Under the pieces are notes generated by a model that was not told the origin of the DNA, ran no database searches, and worked only from the letters and a program-made list of their open reading frames with translations. Positions 62,533 to 64,000 of a stretch of DNA of 64,000 nt are shown here, one piece after another. The position numbers and the translations under genes are program-made. Each line of letters opens with the position of its first letter. The first letter of the stretch is position 1. Origin of the DNA: Negativicutes bacterium (GTDB lineage: Bacteria; Bacillota; Negativicutes; UBA1444); assembly GCA_963665275.2 (NCBI GenBank), contig CAXXIN010000016.1:224001-288000 (forward strand), in the 5' to 3' direction.

Positions 62533-63648
62533 ATGAAAGCAAGTAAGCTCACGGCAGCAGTTCTTTTGGCGCTCACGATCGGCATCGTCGCACTGGTGAC
62601 GCCGGATTTTCGGCGGATGCATGAGGAAGAGCCGATCCGCAAAGGCGCCGGCGTAACTACAGTAAAACAGCTGAGTGATTATTTTGAAGGGTTGAAGGGG
62701 ACCGCCGGCGATACGCAGGTTTTTGTACTCGATAGCGGCATTCCCGGCGGGACAGCGCTGTTGCTCGGTGGCACGCACCCCAATGAACCGTCGGGATTTT
62801 TGAGCGCAGTGCTGCTGATTGAAAATGCCAAGCCGACCAAGGGTCGCATGATCATCATCCCCCGCGCGAACAATAGTGGATTTTCCCACACTGATTACAC
62901 CGAGGGGGCTCCTCAGCGATTTCATCTGAAAGCCGCTTCCGGTGAGCGCTGGTTCCGGTTCGGATCCCGGGCCACCAATCCCACCGACCAATGGCCGGAC
63001 CCTGATATATATGTCCATGCAGCCTCGGGCCAGAAGCTCTCCGGCTCCGAGACGCGCAACCTGAACCGGGCTTATCCGGGAAGAGCAGATGGCACGTTGA
63101 CCGAGAAAGTGGCTTTCGGCATTGTTCAGTTGATTCGCCAGGAGAAGGTCGCCATGGCGATCGACCTGCACGAAGCCTCGCCGGAATATCCGGTTATCAA
63201 TGCGATCGTAGCCCATGACCGGGCCATGGATATCGCGGCGGAAGTGACGATCGGCCTGCAGATGGACGGCCTCAAGATCGGCCTGGAACCTTCGCCGAAA
63301 AGCCTGCGCGGACTGTCGCACCGCGAATGGGGCGATGCCACCGACACGTTGGCCATCCTGATGGAAACGGCCAACCCGGCGCAAGGGCGACTGCGTGGCG
63401 CTACGAACGAGCAGCTGGTGCTGACAGGCAAAGATCCGATGTATGAGCGGGCGGCAAAGCTGAACCGGCTGTTTGTTCCTTACGATGCGAAGGGGCAGCC
63501 GATTGAGTTGCGGGTGGCCCGACATGTTACAGCTGTGAACGAATTTCTGATGGTGCTGTCCAAGAAGAAACCACAGCAGGCCGTCGTTCTGGCCAAAGTT
63601 CCTTCCTATAGCGACATGGTGAAAAAAGGCATCGGACCCTACTTCTAG
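62533..63648 (+). CDS. Succinylglutamate desuccinylase/aspartoacylase (M14-like) exported deacylase
   Basis: GTHPNE, NLNR.YPG, DLHE, ET motifs. Confidence 0.88.
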   Translation: MKASKLTAAVLLALTIGIVALVTPDFRRMHEEEPIRKGAGVTTVKQLSDYFEGLKGTAGDTQVFVLDSGIPGGTALLLGGTHPNEPSGFLSAVLLIENAKPTKGRMIIIPRANNSGFSHTDYTEGAPQRFHLKAASGERWFRFGSRATNPTDQWPDPDIYVHAASGQKLSGSETRNLNRAYPGRADGTLTEKVAFGIVQLIRQEKVAMAIDLHEASPEYPVINAIVAHDRAMDIAAEVTIGLQMDGLKIGLEPSPKSLRGLSHREWGDATDTLAILMETANPAQGRLRGATNEQLVLTGKDPMYERAAKLNRLFVPYDAKGQPIELRVARHVTAVNEFLMVLSKKKPQQAVVLAKVPSYSDMVKKGIGPYF

Positions 63649-63700
63649 CGGCTACCTATGAAACGTTGCAACAAAAAATTAATAGGGGAGGCAAAAAGTG

Positions 63701-64000
63701 ATGCGTAAACTGAGATCCTGGCTTTCTTTGTCCCTGGTAGTGCTGTTCATGTTGTCGGTCGTCGCGACAGCGGTGGCCGGACCCTACGATCCACCCGAAA
63801 AAAGGGATGTGATCGCCAAGAATGGGGTGGTGGCGGCCGCGCATCCCCTGGCTGCCCAAGCGGGGCTGGAGGTGTTGAAGAAAGGCGGCAACGCCTTCGA
63901 CGCAGCCATTGCGACTTCGTTCATGCTGAACGTGGTTGAACCCAATGCTTCCGGCATGGGCGGCGGCGGATTCGCCGTCATCTATACAGCTAAGGACAAG
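63701..64000 (+). CDS. ggt: Secreted gamma-glutamyltransferase, N-terminal part (runs off the window)
   Basis: Signal peptide, then [36 protein letters not shown]. Confidence 0.92.
   Translation, partial: MRKLRSWLSLSLVVLFMLSVVATAVAGPYDPPEKRDVIAKNGVVAAAHPLAAQAGLEVLKKGGNAFDAAIATSFMLNVVEPNASGMGGGGFAVIYTAKDK

Noticed and set aside
1-64000. CRISPR array, retron/reverse transcriptase, rRNA
   Set aside because: No regularly spaced repeats, no RT motifs and no rRNA-like sequence were seen.

Overview
Chromosomal window from a GC-rich anaerobic Firmicute; gene content suggests Negativicutes/Sporomusaceae, which is an inference. Many single-base frameshifts, mostly at 0-10 kb and 22-34 kb, look like assembly errors. 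Layout: (i) 0-8.2 kb, a DVU_1551-1557/TrsS radical-SAM cluster with convergent xdhC genes; (ii) 8.4-16.3 kb, a TetR-regulated flavoprotein, a truncated LysR, DUF3999/DUF2339 and a ceramidase-like gene; (iii) 16.4-21.5 kb, a decayed mobile element (BRO antirepressor, Fic and GNAT remnants, 5'-truncated tyrosine integrase); (iv) 21.5-36.1 kb, an AT-rich island of about 14.5 kb bounded by a direct repeat of the tRNA-Val(CAC) 3' end and packed with candidate defence genes: a metallophosphoesterase, DUF6765, a three-ORF SAP/Zn-ribbon/amyloid-motif operon with an A9 slippery site, two membrane proteins between 45-bp repeats, an SOS dinB cassette whose polymerase is replaced by DJ-1/PfpI, DUF4160, a membrane-anchored HerA and a PD-(D/E)XK nuclease; (v) 36.2-64 kb, core metabolism: ybaK, ggt, split tauE, metH, metA, Mn riboswitch with a TMEM165/GDT1 exporter, a peptide ABC operon with a candidate new attenuator leader, murJ/spoVB-like, alaX, Ser T-box serC-serA-DUF1015, and a DUF6305-TRAP-deacylase-ggt locus. 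No CRISPR array or rRNA was seen. All family assignments come from motif recognition, not database searches.
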